A stretch of 64,000 bases of DNA. Origin: an uncultured Armatimonadetes bacterium. Lineage in GTDB: Bacteria; Armatimonadota; Hebobacteria; Hebobacterales; Hebobacteraceae. Under the pieces are notes generated by a model. That model was not told where the DNA came from, did not search any database, and was given only the letters and a program-made list of their open reading frames with translations. A program made the translations under genes and the position numbers. Numbering within the stretch: position 1 is the stretch's first letter; each line of letters begins with the position of its first letter. Shown one piece after another: positions 51,801 to 61,089 of this stretch. The stretch covers positions 1,184,001-1,248,000 of the forward strand of contig OY970296.1 in NCBI GenBank assembly GCA_963716175.1. Reading direction: 5' to 3'.

Positions 51801-52940
51801 TCAGGGCAGGCCTGCCCAACAGACTGGGATCTGCCGACGCAGGAACGGGCCTGGGGTGAGATGCTGGCCTGGTCGGCGCGACTGATGGCCGGCAAGGAGG
51901 AGGGCAAGGCGGCGGTGGGCAGGGCGGCAGATGCCTTCGCACACGGGCGTGAGGAGTGGGCGTGGGCGGAGGAGGCGCAGGCCAGGGCGGAAGCGGTGGC
52001 GGGGTGCGTGGAGCCGGGGCTCACCTCCAGGCAGGGGTTAGTGAGGCTAGTGGCAGGGACAGAGCGCTTGCCAGAAGGGGTAGCGGCCAGCATGGAGGCG
52101 GTGAAGAAGTGGCGCGACTGCGCTTACTTTCTCCAGGAACAGTCCGCCGAGCTGGCGCGGCTCTACCGGCTGATCTGTGATGAGAAGGTGCAGTGTCCGC
52201 CGGGCTCATTGTTGGAGAAGGATAGGCAGGCCCTGGGGCGTGAGTTCAGCTCGTCGGCGCGCTTGGTCTCGGCCGCGGCGGAGCTGAAGTCCTCGGCGCA
52301 GCGCTGGTTGGAGGCGTACCGCCGGCATTACCTGGGGTGGCATGCCAGCAGCTATGCGGCGGGCCGGTACGAGGGGCTGGCCAAGGTGCGCGGCTCGGCG
52401 ACGACGGAGGCGGCGCGGCGGCTGGCGAGAGCGGGCCTGAGCAGTGAGGAGTTGGCGGCGGTCGAGTCGGAGCTGGAGGGGGCCCTGAACCAACGCTGCC
52501 TGGCGGGCGATCCGCTGCCTCCGGATTGCGCGGTGTGCCCGCTCTGCGGGCTGAGGCTGGGGCAACAGGTGGCCCTGCCGGAGGGCGCGGCGCTGGCAGA
52601 ACGCGTGGGGAAGGCGAAGACGGAGCAGCTCGCGGGCCTGCGCGGGCAGGAGGCTTTGCTGCGCCGGCGCCTCGCCGGGTGCGCCGATCAGCAGATAGTG
52701 ACCGCGGTCGAGAGGTTGGTGAGCGATGTGAGCGAGCTGACCGCAGACGGCGTGTCCAGCCTGCTCTCTGAGCAGGTGATGGCGTGGCTGCGATCACAGC
52801 TCGGCCAGCCGAAGGCGAGCCGGCGGCAGTGGCGGGAGCTGGAGGACCGACTGCGGGGAAAGGAGATGCCGAAACGGGACGTGGTGCGGAGCGTGGAGGA
52901 GTGGCTGGGGCCGGGGGAGGAGGTAGTCGAGATCGAATAG
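48880..52940 (+). CDS. Large P-loop ATPase (BrxC/PglY/DUF6079-like), frameshift near 49147
   Basis: Restoring one G gives FLVSGVYGSGKSHLL (Walker A). Also VVLLDELGMFL (Walker B), RDRF, YPLNP and C-terminal CAVCPLCG. Start uncertain (48880-48914). Confidence 0.7.
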
Positions 52941-53071
52941 GGCTGTCCGCAGACGGCGCAGATGGGCCCGGGCAGGAGGCAAGCTCCTGCCAAACGCAGG
53001 CAGGCCCGGGATAGTGGGTATACTCCGCGTGGTAGGCCGGAGTTGCTTGTGTTCCGCACCGAGCAGTGGGT

Positions 53072-54256
53072 ATGACCACGACCGCAAGCCGCGAGGCGCC
53101 TGCGCCGCAGACTGTCGCAGCGACTGCTGCGCGGCCCGGGCCGCGGGAGCTTCCTCCTTTCCGGGCCGAAGCACCCGCGAAACGGGTGCTATCCTTGGAC
53201 GCTTTCCGCGGGTTGGCCGTGTTCGGCATGCTGCTGGTGAACAACAAGGCGCTCGGTCCCTGGACGCCGGCGCAACTGACCCATGCCGGCTGGAATCAGG
53301 GGATCCATCTCGCTGATCTGGTGTACCCGTGGTTTCTGCTCATCGTGGGGGTGGCGATACCTTACTCGGAGGCGTCGGCCCGGGGGCGGGGGGTCTCGCG
53401 CTGGGGTTATGCCCTCAAGGTGGTGCGCCGCGCGGCGATACTGGTGCTGCTGGGCTGCCTGATCAACTCCAGCTATGCGCGCCATCCCATGTTCGATCTG
53501 GGGGTGCTGCAGTTGATCGGGTTCGCCTATCTGGCGGGGGCCTTGCTCTACGGCCTGCCGCTGGCCGGGCGACTGCTGGTGGCGGCCGAGCTGCTGGCGG
53601 CGCACTGGGTGCTGCTGCGCTTCCTGCCCGTGCCCGGGGCGGGCGTGGGGGCTCTCGGCCCGAGCCAGAATCCCATCGCTTACCTGAACCAGACCTACCT
53701 GGGGCAGTGGGAGCTGGAGAATGTGCCGGCGGTGCTGCCGACCGCGGCGCTGGTGGTGATCGGTACCGCGGTCGGGGATGGCCTGCGGAGCCAGTGGGGG
53801 AGCGAGCGGAGGAAGGTGGGATTGCTGCTCGCCGGTGGGCTGGCGCTGGCGCTGGCGGGCTGGCTGTGGAGCCTGGACCTGCCGCTCAACAAGCGGCTCT
53901 GGACCGGGCCGTTCATCCTCTTCGCGGCCGGCTGGGGCGCGATGGTGCTAGGTGCCGTCCATTTCCTGACCGAGGTGAAGCGCCACCGCAGGTGGGTCTT
54001 CCCGCTGCAGGTCATGGGGGTAAATGCCATCACCGCGTTCGTGCTGCCGATGCTGGTGAATATCCACGTGCTCCGGGAATGGGGCTGGAGGGGGGCAGAG
54101 GGCGCCTTCCTCTCGCTCCAGCAGCACTGGCTGGGACTGTTCACAGGCCACGCCGGCGCGGGGCTGGGCGGGCTGCTGTACACTACCTCCTATCTGCTGG
54201 CGTGGTGGCTGGTGCTGTTCTACCTCTATCGGAAGCGCATCTACCTGAGGGTGTGA
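53072..54256 (+). CDS. Heparan-alpha-glucosaminide N-acetyltransferase-like membrane acyltransferase
   Basis: RVLSLDAFRG, MLLVNN, HAGWN, ADLVYPWF, GVLQLI and PLNKRLWT. Confidence 0.88.
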   Translation: MTTTASREAPAPQTVAATAARPGPRELPPFRAEAPAKRVLSLDAFRGLAVFGMLLVNNKALGPWTPAQLTHAGWNQGIHLADLVYPWFLLIVGVAIPYSEASARGRGVSRWGYALKVVRRAAILVLLGCLINSSYARHPMFDLGVLQLIGFAYLAGALLYGLPLAGRLLVAAELLAAHWVLLRFLPVPGAGVGALGPSQNPIAYLNQTYLGQWELENVPAVLPTAALVVIGTAVGDGLRSQWGSERRKVGLLLAGGLALALAGWLWSLDLPLNKRLWTGPFILFAAGWGAMVLGAVHFLTEVKRHRRWVFPLQVMGVNAITAFVLPMLVNIHVLREWGWRGAEGAFLSLQQHWLGLFTGHAGAGLGGLLYTTSYLLAWWLVLFYLYRKRIYLRV

Positions 54257-54413
54257 CCTAAAGAGCTTCGCCGGATGAAGTAACACGGGGAAGCTCAGGA
54301 AGCGGCCCAGACAGGCACAGGGCGATGCTCGCACATCACTTCGTTGTGCGAACATCATTAGAGGACAGGGAGCCTGCCCCTCGACTTCGCTCAGGGTAAA
54401 CTCCGAGGCTCCC

Positions 54414-55778
54414 CTACGAACGGTGTAGATCGCGCAGCAATCCGACCGCCCCCGCCACCATCTCCTCCCCCGCCTCCGCCGCCAGTGGCAGGGTCCCGTA
54501 GTAGCGGAAAGACTGGTCGGGCTCGTAGCCGCCCTCGGCGATGGCCTCGGCGGTGGGAACATAGCCGGTGCAGCCGTTGCTGTAGCCCAGGACGAGGGTG
54601 TGTCTGAAAGGAGAGCCGGCCGCAATCTGGTGCGCGAATTCCAGGAAAACCTCGCCGGAGAGAGCGACCAGGGCCACCTCGCCAATCGCCATCGCCTGCA
54701 CCGCGAATGGGAGCTTCAGCTCCCGCGCTCCCCGTTCAGCCAGAGAGAGCACCTCCTGCCAGTAGTGGACTAGCTCCGCTCGCGTCCGCACCCGATAGGG
54801 ATGCTGGCCAGCCTGCTTCGCCCGCGCTAGCTCCGCCTCCGCTCGCGCCAGCTCCGCTCTCGCTGCCGCGGGCCCGGGCGGGTTCTGGAGGGGTAGCTGA
54901 ACCTGCATCAGGCGCGCCCTCAGCGCTTCACCGCTCACAGGTTGGGCAGTTCGGACCGCGGCAAGCACGGCCTCCGCCATGGCGGCCCCGTGGCGCGCCA
55001 CCTGCTGGAAGGACCGCTCCTCCCGGTCGGGGTTGATGTTGCCACAGCAGCCTTGCAGGAACATGGGTATGGCCCCGGACTTGAGGCGCGCCTGCAGCTC
55101 CAGGCAGGCCGCGCCCATCCATTCCGCGCTGATCTCTCGATTCTCACCACCCAGGGTGGTGCCATGACAGGCATGGCTGAAGAGCAGCGCGATGGGCTCT
55201 GCCCTCGGACCGCTCACTTGCAGCACCCGCACCGACTCGTCCCTCAGCCCCTGGGGATTGCGGCCGATCACGACAGTGCCGTCCGGCCTGTGCTCGCGGC
55301 GGTTGATCCCAACGCGCGCCGGGGCGACCCCGAAGGCGGCAGCGGCGGGCGCCAGCCTCTGGCTGGCTGCGACTACCGCCTCAGCAACCAGGGCCGGGAG
55401 CGTCGCCACATACCCCTCATCCGGCCCGCCCAGCGCCAGCCCCAGTCCGCGGCTTACCCAGGGCGGCGGGACCGGGTACGCTGAGGCCACCGCGGGCCCG
55501 GCATGGGTGTGGCTGCAGTTCAGCAGCAGGCGCTCCGGGTTCAGTCCGCTCGCGCGGCTCACTTGCTGCCGGATGGCCGCATCCAGCGGGAAATCCAGGC
55601 CCAGCACATCAAGTGATACCACGGCCAAGTAAGCGGCGCCGTCGCGCAGCATCACGGCGCGGCACCAGAGGTCATCGTGAACTTTGATGGAGGGGCCCTC
55701 GCGGTCGCCATAGCCGCTGAGGTCCACTCCCACCGGAGGGGTGATCCTCACCTGCGACGCGCCCGCCTCTAAGGCCAT
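54414..55778 (-). CDS. Neutral/alkaline ceramidase-like amidohydrolase
   Basis: ITPP, HDDL, SHTHAGP, NRR, ACH, QGCCGNINP and GYVPT...GGYE. Confidence 0.85.
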   Translation of the reverse strand: MALEAGASQVRITPPVGVDLSGYGDREGPSIKVHDDLWCRAVMLRDGAAYLAVVSLDVLGLDFPLDAAIRQQVSRASGLNPERLLLNCSHTHAGPAVASAYPVPPPWVSRGLGLALGGPDEGYVATLPALVAEAVVAASQRLAPAAAAFGVAPARVGINRREHRPDGTVVIGRNPQGLRDESVRVLQVSGPRAEPIALLFSHACHGTTLGGENREISAEWMGAACLELQARLKSGAIPMFLQGCCGNINPDREERSFQQVARHGAAMAEAVLAAVRTAQPVSGEALRARLMQVQLPLQNPPGPAAARAELARAEAELARAKQAGQHPYRVRTRAELVHYWQEVLSLAERGARELKLPFAVQAMAIGEVALVALSGEVFLEFAHQIAAGSPFRHTLVLGYSNGCTGYVPTAEAIAEGGYEPDQSFRYYGTLPLAAEAGEEMVAGAVGLLRDLHRS

Positions 55779-55800
55779 GCAGATACCTCCAACTGCGCGA

Positions 55801-56214
55801 TCACTCTGTGAGCCAGCGGGTCACTTTGGACCGCAGGTCTTCCAGGGAGAAAGGCTTGCGCACATAGGCGACGGCGCCGGCGGCGAGAGCGGCCTGGATG
55901 ATGGAATCGCTGGCCTGCCCGCTTACCACCACCACCTTGGTGCGGGAGTCGCGGCACAGCTCCCGACACACCAGCACGCCAGAGGCGCCGGAGTCCGGCA
56001 GCACGATGTCTATCAGCGCCAGGTCGGGCCGGGAGCGCCGGGCGAGCTGGATCGCCGCATCGCCATCGGCGGCCTCGTAGATGCGGCAGGGAATGGGTAA
56101 GCCCTCGACCGTGATCTTGATCAACTGCCGCGTGGCGTGATCGTCATCCACGATCAAGACCCTGCGGTCCTCCTCCGGGAGCTTGGTGGTGCTGCCGGCA
56201 GCGCTCTCCGCCAT
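55801..56214 (-). CDS. Single-domain response regulator (receiver)
   Basis: LIVDDD, DLALIDIVLP, SG and KPF. Confidence 0.9.
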   Translation of the reverse strand: MAESAAGSTTKLPEEDRRVLIVDDDHATRQLIKITVEGLPIPCRIYEAADGDAAIQLARRSRPDLALIDIVLPDSGASGVLVCRELCRDSRTKVVVVSGQASDSIIQAALAAGAVAYVRKPFSLEDLRSKVTRWLTE

Positions 56215-56290
56215 GACCTTCCTCCTGCCCCACGCGCCTACGCCTATCTGTTATTACCACCCTTTCTACTTCCGCGCGATGGCCGCAGCC

Positions 56291-56821
56291 TCAGCCAGCC
56301 GCATAGCGCAGCACGGCGGCGATGAGCAGCACAACGCCGATCAGCCCGCCACAGCCGAGGCCGGCCTGCGGGCGATGGTAGGCCTCCGAGAGGGACGGGA
56401 TAGGCTGGTAGGGAGGCTGCTTGCCGCCCAGCTCGCGGAGGCGGGCCCCCAGCGCCTGAGCGTGAGGATCGTCCGGTAAGTAGTGAAAGAGCAAGGTGAG
56501 CAGTTCGCCAGCGGCCTCCAGCATCACCGGCTTGTGGTCGGGGGCCTGCTGGGCCGCCTCCAGCAGCCTCTCGATGGCAGCGGGCGTCTGGTCTCGGAGC
56601 ACTCTCAGGCGGCTCCGGGTGATCTCCTGCAGGCCAGCCTGGAAGCGCTTGGTGGAGGCCTCGGGGCGGAGCCAGGCGGCGTCCTTCAGCTTCTGCTCGG
56701 CCACCTCGAGGGATCGCAGCTTCTCCAGCGCATTGGCAGTGCGAGCCGCGCGGCGCAGCTCGACCACGGCCAACTGCATGGTGCGCCGGTAGATTCTCTC
56801 CTCGGCCCAGCGGCGGAACAC
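56291..56821 (-). CDS. Hypothetical protein with C-terminal TM helix
   Basis: 176-aa helical ORF co-oriented with its neighbours. Hydrophobic C-terminus. Confidence 0.6.
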   Translation of the reverse strand: MFRRWAEERIYRRTMQLAVVELRRAARTANALEKLRSLEVAEQKLKDAAWLRPEASTKRFQAGLQEITRSRLRVLRDQTPAAIERLLEAAQQAPDHKPVMLEAAGELLTLLFHYLPDDPHAQALGARLRELGGKQPPYQPIPSLSEAYHRPQAGLGCGGLIGVVLLIAAVLRYAAG

Positions 56822-56827
56822 CGTGCG

Positions 56828-57919
56828 TTACTCCTCCTCATCCGCGGCCGGCCAGCCCAGGCAGATGCATCCTATGCCGCGCAGTATGCCCTTATCCCTG
56901 TGGTCCGAGTCCGGCGAGTCGAGGATGATGTCATCTGCCGACATCCAGGAGGCGTGCCCATCCATGAACCCGACATTGCTCCCGCCCAGGTGGCGGGTGT
57001 AGCGCGGGCGCATCGCGGGATCAGTCTGAAACTCCCGGTACTCTGACTCGGGCAGCCCGCAGCTCCGGGACCAGGTGCAGGCCTCCCAGTCCGCGGCGCA
57101 AGCCTCGGGGGTTGCCCGCATCGCCAGGTGACAGACCTCGGGATAGGCCAGGATCAGGGGAGACCAGAGGTTCTCACCATTGCTGTCCCCGCAGACCACG
57201 AACCAGGCCGGGTCGGCCACCGCGGCCTTGGCCAGGCCGGTGGCCTCCGTGCAGCCGATATGCTGCTGGAAGGCGCCGGTGGCCTCCTGGCCGGAGGCGC
57301 TGCCCAGCTTCCGCTGGGCGATGGAATCGGTGACGGTTCCACCCCAGCCCGGCGGCCACGCCAACTGGCAGGGCCCACCCACCGCCCCCTTCGGCTGCTC
57401 GCCCTTGCCATGCGTCGAGCCCCAGGCCTCGGCGTGCTTGCGCTCGTACCCGAACCAGTCCGGGCCGGGGACGATCCAGCCGGCCGTGCGCCCGAGATGA
57501 GCACCGGGGCAAGCCCAGACCTGGCGATCCTTGAGATAGGCATCCAGAATCACCGGCCATCGTAGGTAGGGATTGGCGTCGGTGGCCATGCGGCACTCCA
57601 CCATTTGCGGGTATCGCTGCTGGAAGTAGTCCACCACCTGGGGGCGATGCTCGGCCGGCGGCAGCCTGCCGTAGTCGCTGAGATACATCTGGACGGCGCG
57701 GCTGATCTTCTGCACATGCGTCAGGCACTGCGCCTGCAGCTCCTCGTCGCTGCCGTACATGCGCGAGGCGGCGCCCACGCGCTCCAGCAGGGGCCCGGTC
57801 ACTCCCGGCGCGCTGCCTCTGCCGCCTGCAAGAATGGGAGAGAGAACGAGGCAGAGCAAACCGATCGCTGCGACTAAGATGATCACTTCCCAGAGCCCGA
57901 CGCGGCTGGCGTGTCGCAT
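56828..57919 (-). CDS. Divergent DUF1559/H-X9-DG protein with degenerate prepilin site
   Basis: CLTHVQKI..AVQMYLSDY, NPYLRWP, WPPGWGGTVTDS and RHLGGSNVGFMDGH are shared with the two copies at 18-21 kb. Confidence 0.85.
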   Translation of the reverse strand: MRHASRVGLWEVIILVAAIGLLCLVLSPILAGGRGSAPGVTGPLLERVGAASRMYGSDEELQAQCLTHVQKISRAVQMYLSDYGRLPPAEHRPQVVDYFQQRYPQMVECRMATDANPYLRWPVILDAYLKDRQVWACPGAHLGRTAGWIVPGPDWFGYERKHAEAWGSTHGKGEQPKGAVGGPCQLAWPPGWGGTVTDSIAQRKLGSASGQEATGAFQQHIGCTEATGLAKAAVADPAWFVVCGDSNGENLWSPLILAYPEVCHLAMRATPEACAADWEACTWSRSCGLPESEYREFQTDPAMRPRYTRHLGGSNVGFMDGHASWMSADDIILDSPDSDHRDKGILRGIGCICLGWPAADEEE

Positions 57920-58192
57920 CGCATTCGCTCCGTCCGTCGGCTGGAACCATGGAGCCGCCGACATCCGATGCCGATCCAGTTCTCCGTCTCTCCCTCCGCA
58001 GCCTGCCGCCCGCCGGGAGCGCAGGCGTCTCGCCTGCCCCGCCATCCCTGCAAACAGAACGCCCACCGCCTGGGCCGGCGGTGGGCTCGAGCTTGCTAAA
58101 ACCTGACGGTCCTGCGCTACCCCGTGGACGAGCGGTCGGTGTTTCGGGTTTTGCGGTGTTTCGGGATTTCCAATCCCGAAACCAAGCCCCGG

Positions 58193-59395
58193 CTACGCCA
58201 CCACCTTCGCCACCACCCCCGCACCCACGGTGCGGCCCCCCTCCCGGATGGCGAACCGCAACCCCTCCTCCATGGCGATGGGCTGGATCAGCTCCACGGT
58301 CATGATCACGTTGTCCCCAGGCATCACCATCTCCCGCCCCTCCGGCAGCTGGATCACCCCGGTCACGTCCGTGGTGCGAAAGTAGAACTGGGGCCGATAT
58401 CCCGGGAAAAACGCCTTGTGCCGGCCCCCCTCCGCCTGACTCAGCACGTACACCTGGCTCTCGAACTTGGTGTGCGGGGTGATGGACCCGGGCTTCGCCA
58501 ACACCATCCCTCGCTCCACCTCCTTGCGGTCAATCCCCCGCAGCAATACCCCGATGTTGTCCCCCGCCTGCCCCTGGTCCAACAGCTTCCGGAACATCTC
58601 CACCCCCGTCGCCACCGTCCGCCGGGACTCCGGGTGCAACCCCACCATCTCCACCTCGTCCCCCACCTTCACCAGCCCCCGCTCCACTCTCCCCGTCACC
58701 ACCGTCCCCCGCCCCGTGATGGTGAACACATCCTCGATCGCCAACAGGAAGGGCTGGTCTATGGGCCGCTCCGGGGTGGGTATGTAATTGTCCACCGCAT
58801 CCATCAGCTTCCAGATCGCCCCGCACCACTGGCACTCCCGCTTCCCACACCCGCACTCCAATACCTTGGTGGCACTCCCCGAGATCACCGGGATCTCGTC
58901 CCCCGGAAACTCGTACTTGCTCAACAAGTCCCGCACCTCGATCTCCACCAGCTCCAACAGCTCCGGGTCGTCCAGCATGTCCACCTTGTTCAGAAACACC
59001 ACGATGGATGGCACGTTCACCTGCCGCGCCAGCAGAATGTGCTCCCGGGTCTGGGGCATGGGCCCATCCGCCGCCGACACCACCAATATCGCCCCATCCA
59101 TCTGCGCCGCCCCGGTGATCATGTTCTTGATGTAGTCCGCATGCCCCGGGCAGTCCACGTGCGCATAGTGGCGCTTCTCCGTCTCGTACTCGGCGTGGAA
59201 AATCTGGATGGTCAACCCCCGCTCCTTCTCCTCCGGCGCCGAGTCAATCTGCCCATAATCCAAGGGCTTCGCCAACCCCACCTTCGCCAAGGTGTAGGTG
59301 ATCGCCGAGGTCAGCGTGGTCTTGCCGTGGTCCACGTGCCCGATGGTCCCCACATTCACATGCGGCTTGGTGCGCTGGAACTTAGCCTTGCCCAT
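58193..59395 (-). CDS. tuf: Elongation factor Tu
   Basis: [35 protein letters not shown] and [13 protein letters not shown]. Confidence 0.97.
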   Translation of the reverse strand: MGKAKFQRTKPHVNVGTIGHVDHGKTTLTSAITYTLAKVGLAKPLDYGQIDSAPEEKERGLTIQIFHAEYETEKRHYAHVDCPGHADYIKNMITGAAQMDGAILVVSAADGPMPQTREHILLARQVNVPSIVVFLNKVDMLDDPELLELVEIEVRDLLSKYEFPGDEIPVISGSATKVLECGCGKRECQWCGAIWKLMDAVDNYIPTPERPIDQPFLLAIEDVFTITGRGTVVTGRVERGLVKVGDEVEMVGLHPESRRTVATGVEMFRKLLDQGQAGDNIGVLLRGIDRKEVERGMVLAKPGSITPHTKFESQVYVLSQAEGGRHKAFFPGYRPQFYFRTTDVTGVIQLPEGREMVMPGDNVIMTVELIQPIAMEEGLRFAIREGGRTVGAGVVAKVVA

Positions 59396-59475
59396 CGTCT
59401 CTTGCTCCCTGTTGGCAGGTCCAACTGAGGTTGGGCGCCCGAGTAGCACGCCCGGTCCGGCCCGATGCAGGCCGT

Positions 59476-59503
59476 ATTGTAACGGCTGCGCCCCGCCTGT
59501 CAA
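59476..59503 (-). promoter_or_regulatory. tuf promoter
   Basis: TTGACA-16 nt-TACAAT. Confidence 0.65.
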
Positions 59504-59555
59504 GGCGGGGCGCAGCTGATATCAGAGTGCCCAGGCGGGGTTCGGTGACCCCGCC

Positions 59556-59906
59556 CTACAGGGGGCAGCGGTGGTTCCAGGCAACGCGGCGCCTGATGGT
59601 CGCCGAGTGCAGCACCGCACCCAGGGAAGCAGCCGTGCGGGAGTACCGCTGGGCCTCCTCTTCTGCCTGCTCGACTAGCTGCTGCGCGGCCTGGGCGCGT
59701 GAGGCATAGGAGGCACCCGTGACCTGCGCGGCACTGATCGTGCGCTCGATCCGGCTTGCCGGCAGAGGCAGCCTCTGCTTGCGCAGGCTGGGCGCCGGCC
59801 CCACCTTCGTCTCGCGCAGCGTGGGACTCTCGGCCAGCAGCGCTGCGGCATCAGTTACTTGGCGTCGCTCGGCTTGGATCAAGGCTTGGGTCATGGTCGT
59901 CGTCAT
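59556..59906 (-). CDS. Hypothetical protein (116 aa)
   Basis: ATG with GGGAGG RBS. Co-oriented with neighbours. No motif recognised. Confidence 0.45.
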   Translation of the reverse strand: MTTTMTQALIQAERRQVTDAAALLAESPTLRETKVGPAPSLRKQRLPLPASRIERTISAAQVTGASYASRAQAAQQLVEQAEEEAQRYSRTAASLGAVLHSATIRRRVAWNHRCPL

Positions 59907-60095
59907 CGCAGGTCCCTCCCACTTCCAATCACAAACCAATACGCAGGCCGGCAGTGGAAGGTTTCATCGAATCCAACATCATCGGGGTGTTCCGGGACTT
60001 CAGTCCCGAAACGGTCTGGCAACGCCTAACGGCCGGTGGGCATGGCCATGCCCGCCCCACAGGTCAGGCTGAGGGGAGCCCAGAGAGGGACTCCC

Positions 60096-61089
60096 CTACG
60101 TCTCTGTAATCGTTTCCTCCACCGGGGTGCCCAGATGGCGCCCTCCGGGCCTGGAGGTAGGCCAGGACCTGATCACCGGGCCTGAGCGCGGCCGCCGAGA
60201 TCGCCTTGCCCTGGGGGGAGGTGAGGTAGATGGTTTCGGCGTTCTGGAGAATCAGCGACACCAGCTTTCCCTCCGCCTCCGCCTCCACCAGCAGCAGGGG
60301 CCGGCGCTCGATCTTGTTCCGGCCGAGATAGCCCATCGCGGTGGCGCCGTCGAAGCGCACCAACAGCACCTCGTCGCCGGCCTTCAGTTCCGATAGGTAC
60401 TTGGTCTTGCCCTCTGGCAGCAGGACATAGGCATGCATCGCCCCCGCGTTGACCCGGAAGGGCCTGGGAAGAAGGTACTCACTCTCCAGGCTCTCCGAAT
60501 GCACCAGGAAGAAGGCCTGCCCGGTGTTTCCGACCAGCATCCCTTCGCCCGCGCCCATGCTTGTGGTGGTGTCGAGGCAGGCGCGGTCGCCCATCCCCAG
60601 GGGGCGGATGGCTGTCACCGTCGCCGCCACCAGCGCCAGCTTCGGCATCACCGCGTGCACCAGCTCCACGGTCTTGCGAATCTCCTCTGCCGACCGGGTG
60701 TCGAGCACCACGCCGTCAACGCCCTTCTCCAACACCTGGGTCACCAGGCGCGCCTGCTCCGCCCCCGAAACCTCGGCCATCAGCCCGCGGCGCCGCGCCA
60801 CCAGGTTCTCCAGTGGGATCACGGTCCAGTCGGTGGTGCGCAGCACGACGGTCTTGTCGAGATGTTGGGTGGCGGCGGCCTCCTCATCGGCCTTTCCCTT
60901 GATCTCCATCCAGAAGACATCGGCCCCGGGCTTGATGTCGCCATCGGGCGCGACAGTGGGAAGCGCGCCCAGCTCTTTCACCCGCGCCGAATCGCCCTCC
61001 GCCACTACAAGAGCATCAGCCCCGCTATCCAGGGCAACGATGGCGAGGCCCTTGTCCCAGGGCTGAACCCGCACCCAGACTCGCTTCAT
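60096..61089 (-). CDS. 3-dehydroquinate synthase II, frameshift near 60148
   Basis: [39 protein letters not shown] and LQNAETI. Removing one C restores [15 protein letters not shown]-stop. Confidence 0.92.

Noticed and set aside
54256-54414. Replication terminus at the gene-orientation switch
   Set aside because: There is no good dif match, the skew impression can be explained by coding-strand bias, and REP orientation does not flip across this point.
9972-60098. Amber read-through (pyrrolysine/PYLIS-like) at TAG plus hairpin sites
   Set aside because: The recognisable proteins end at their expected C-termini, no meaningful in-frame extension is apparent, the hairpins are dispersed REPs, and no pyl genes are seen.
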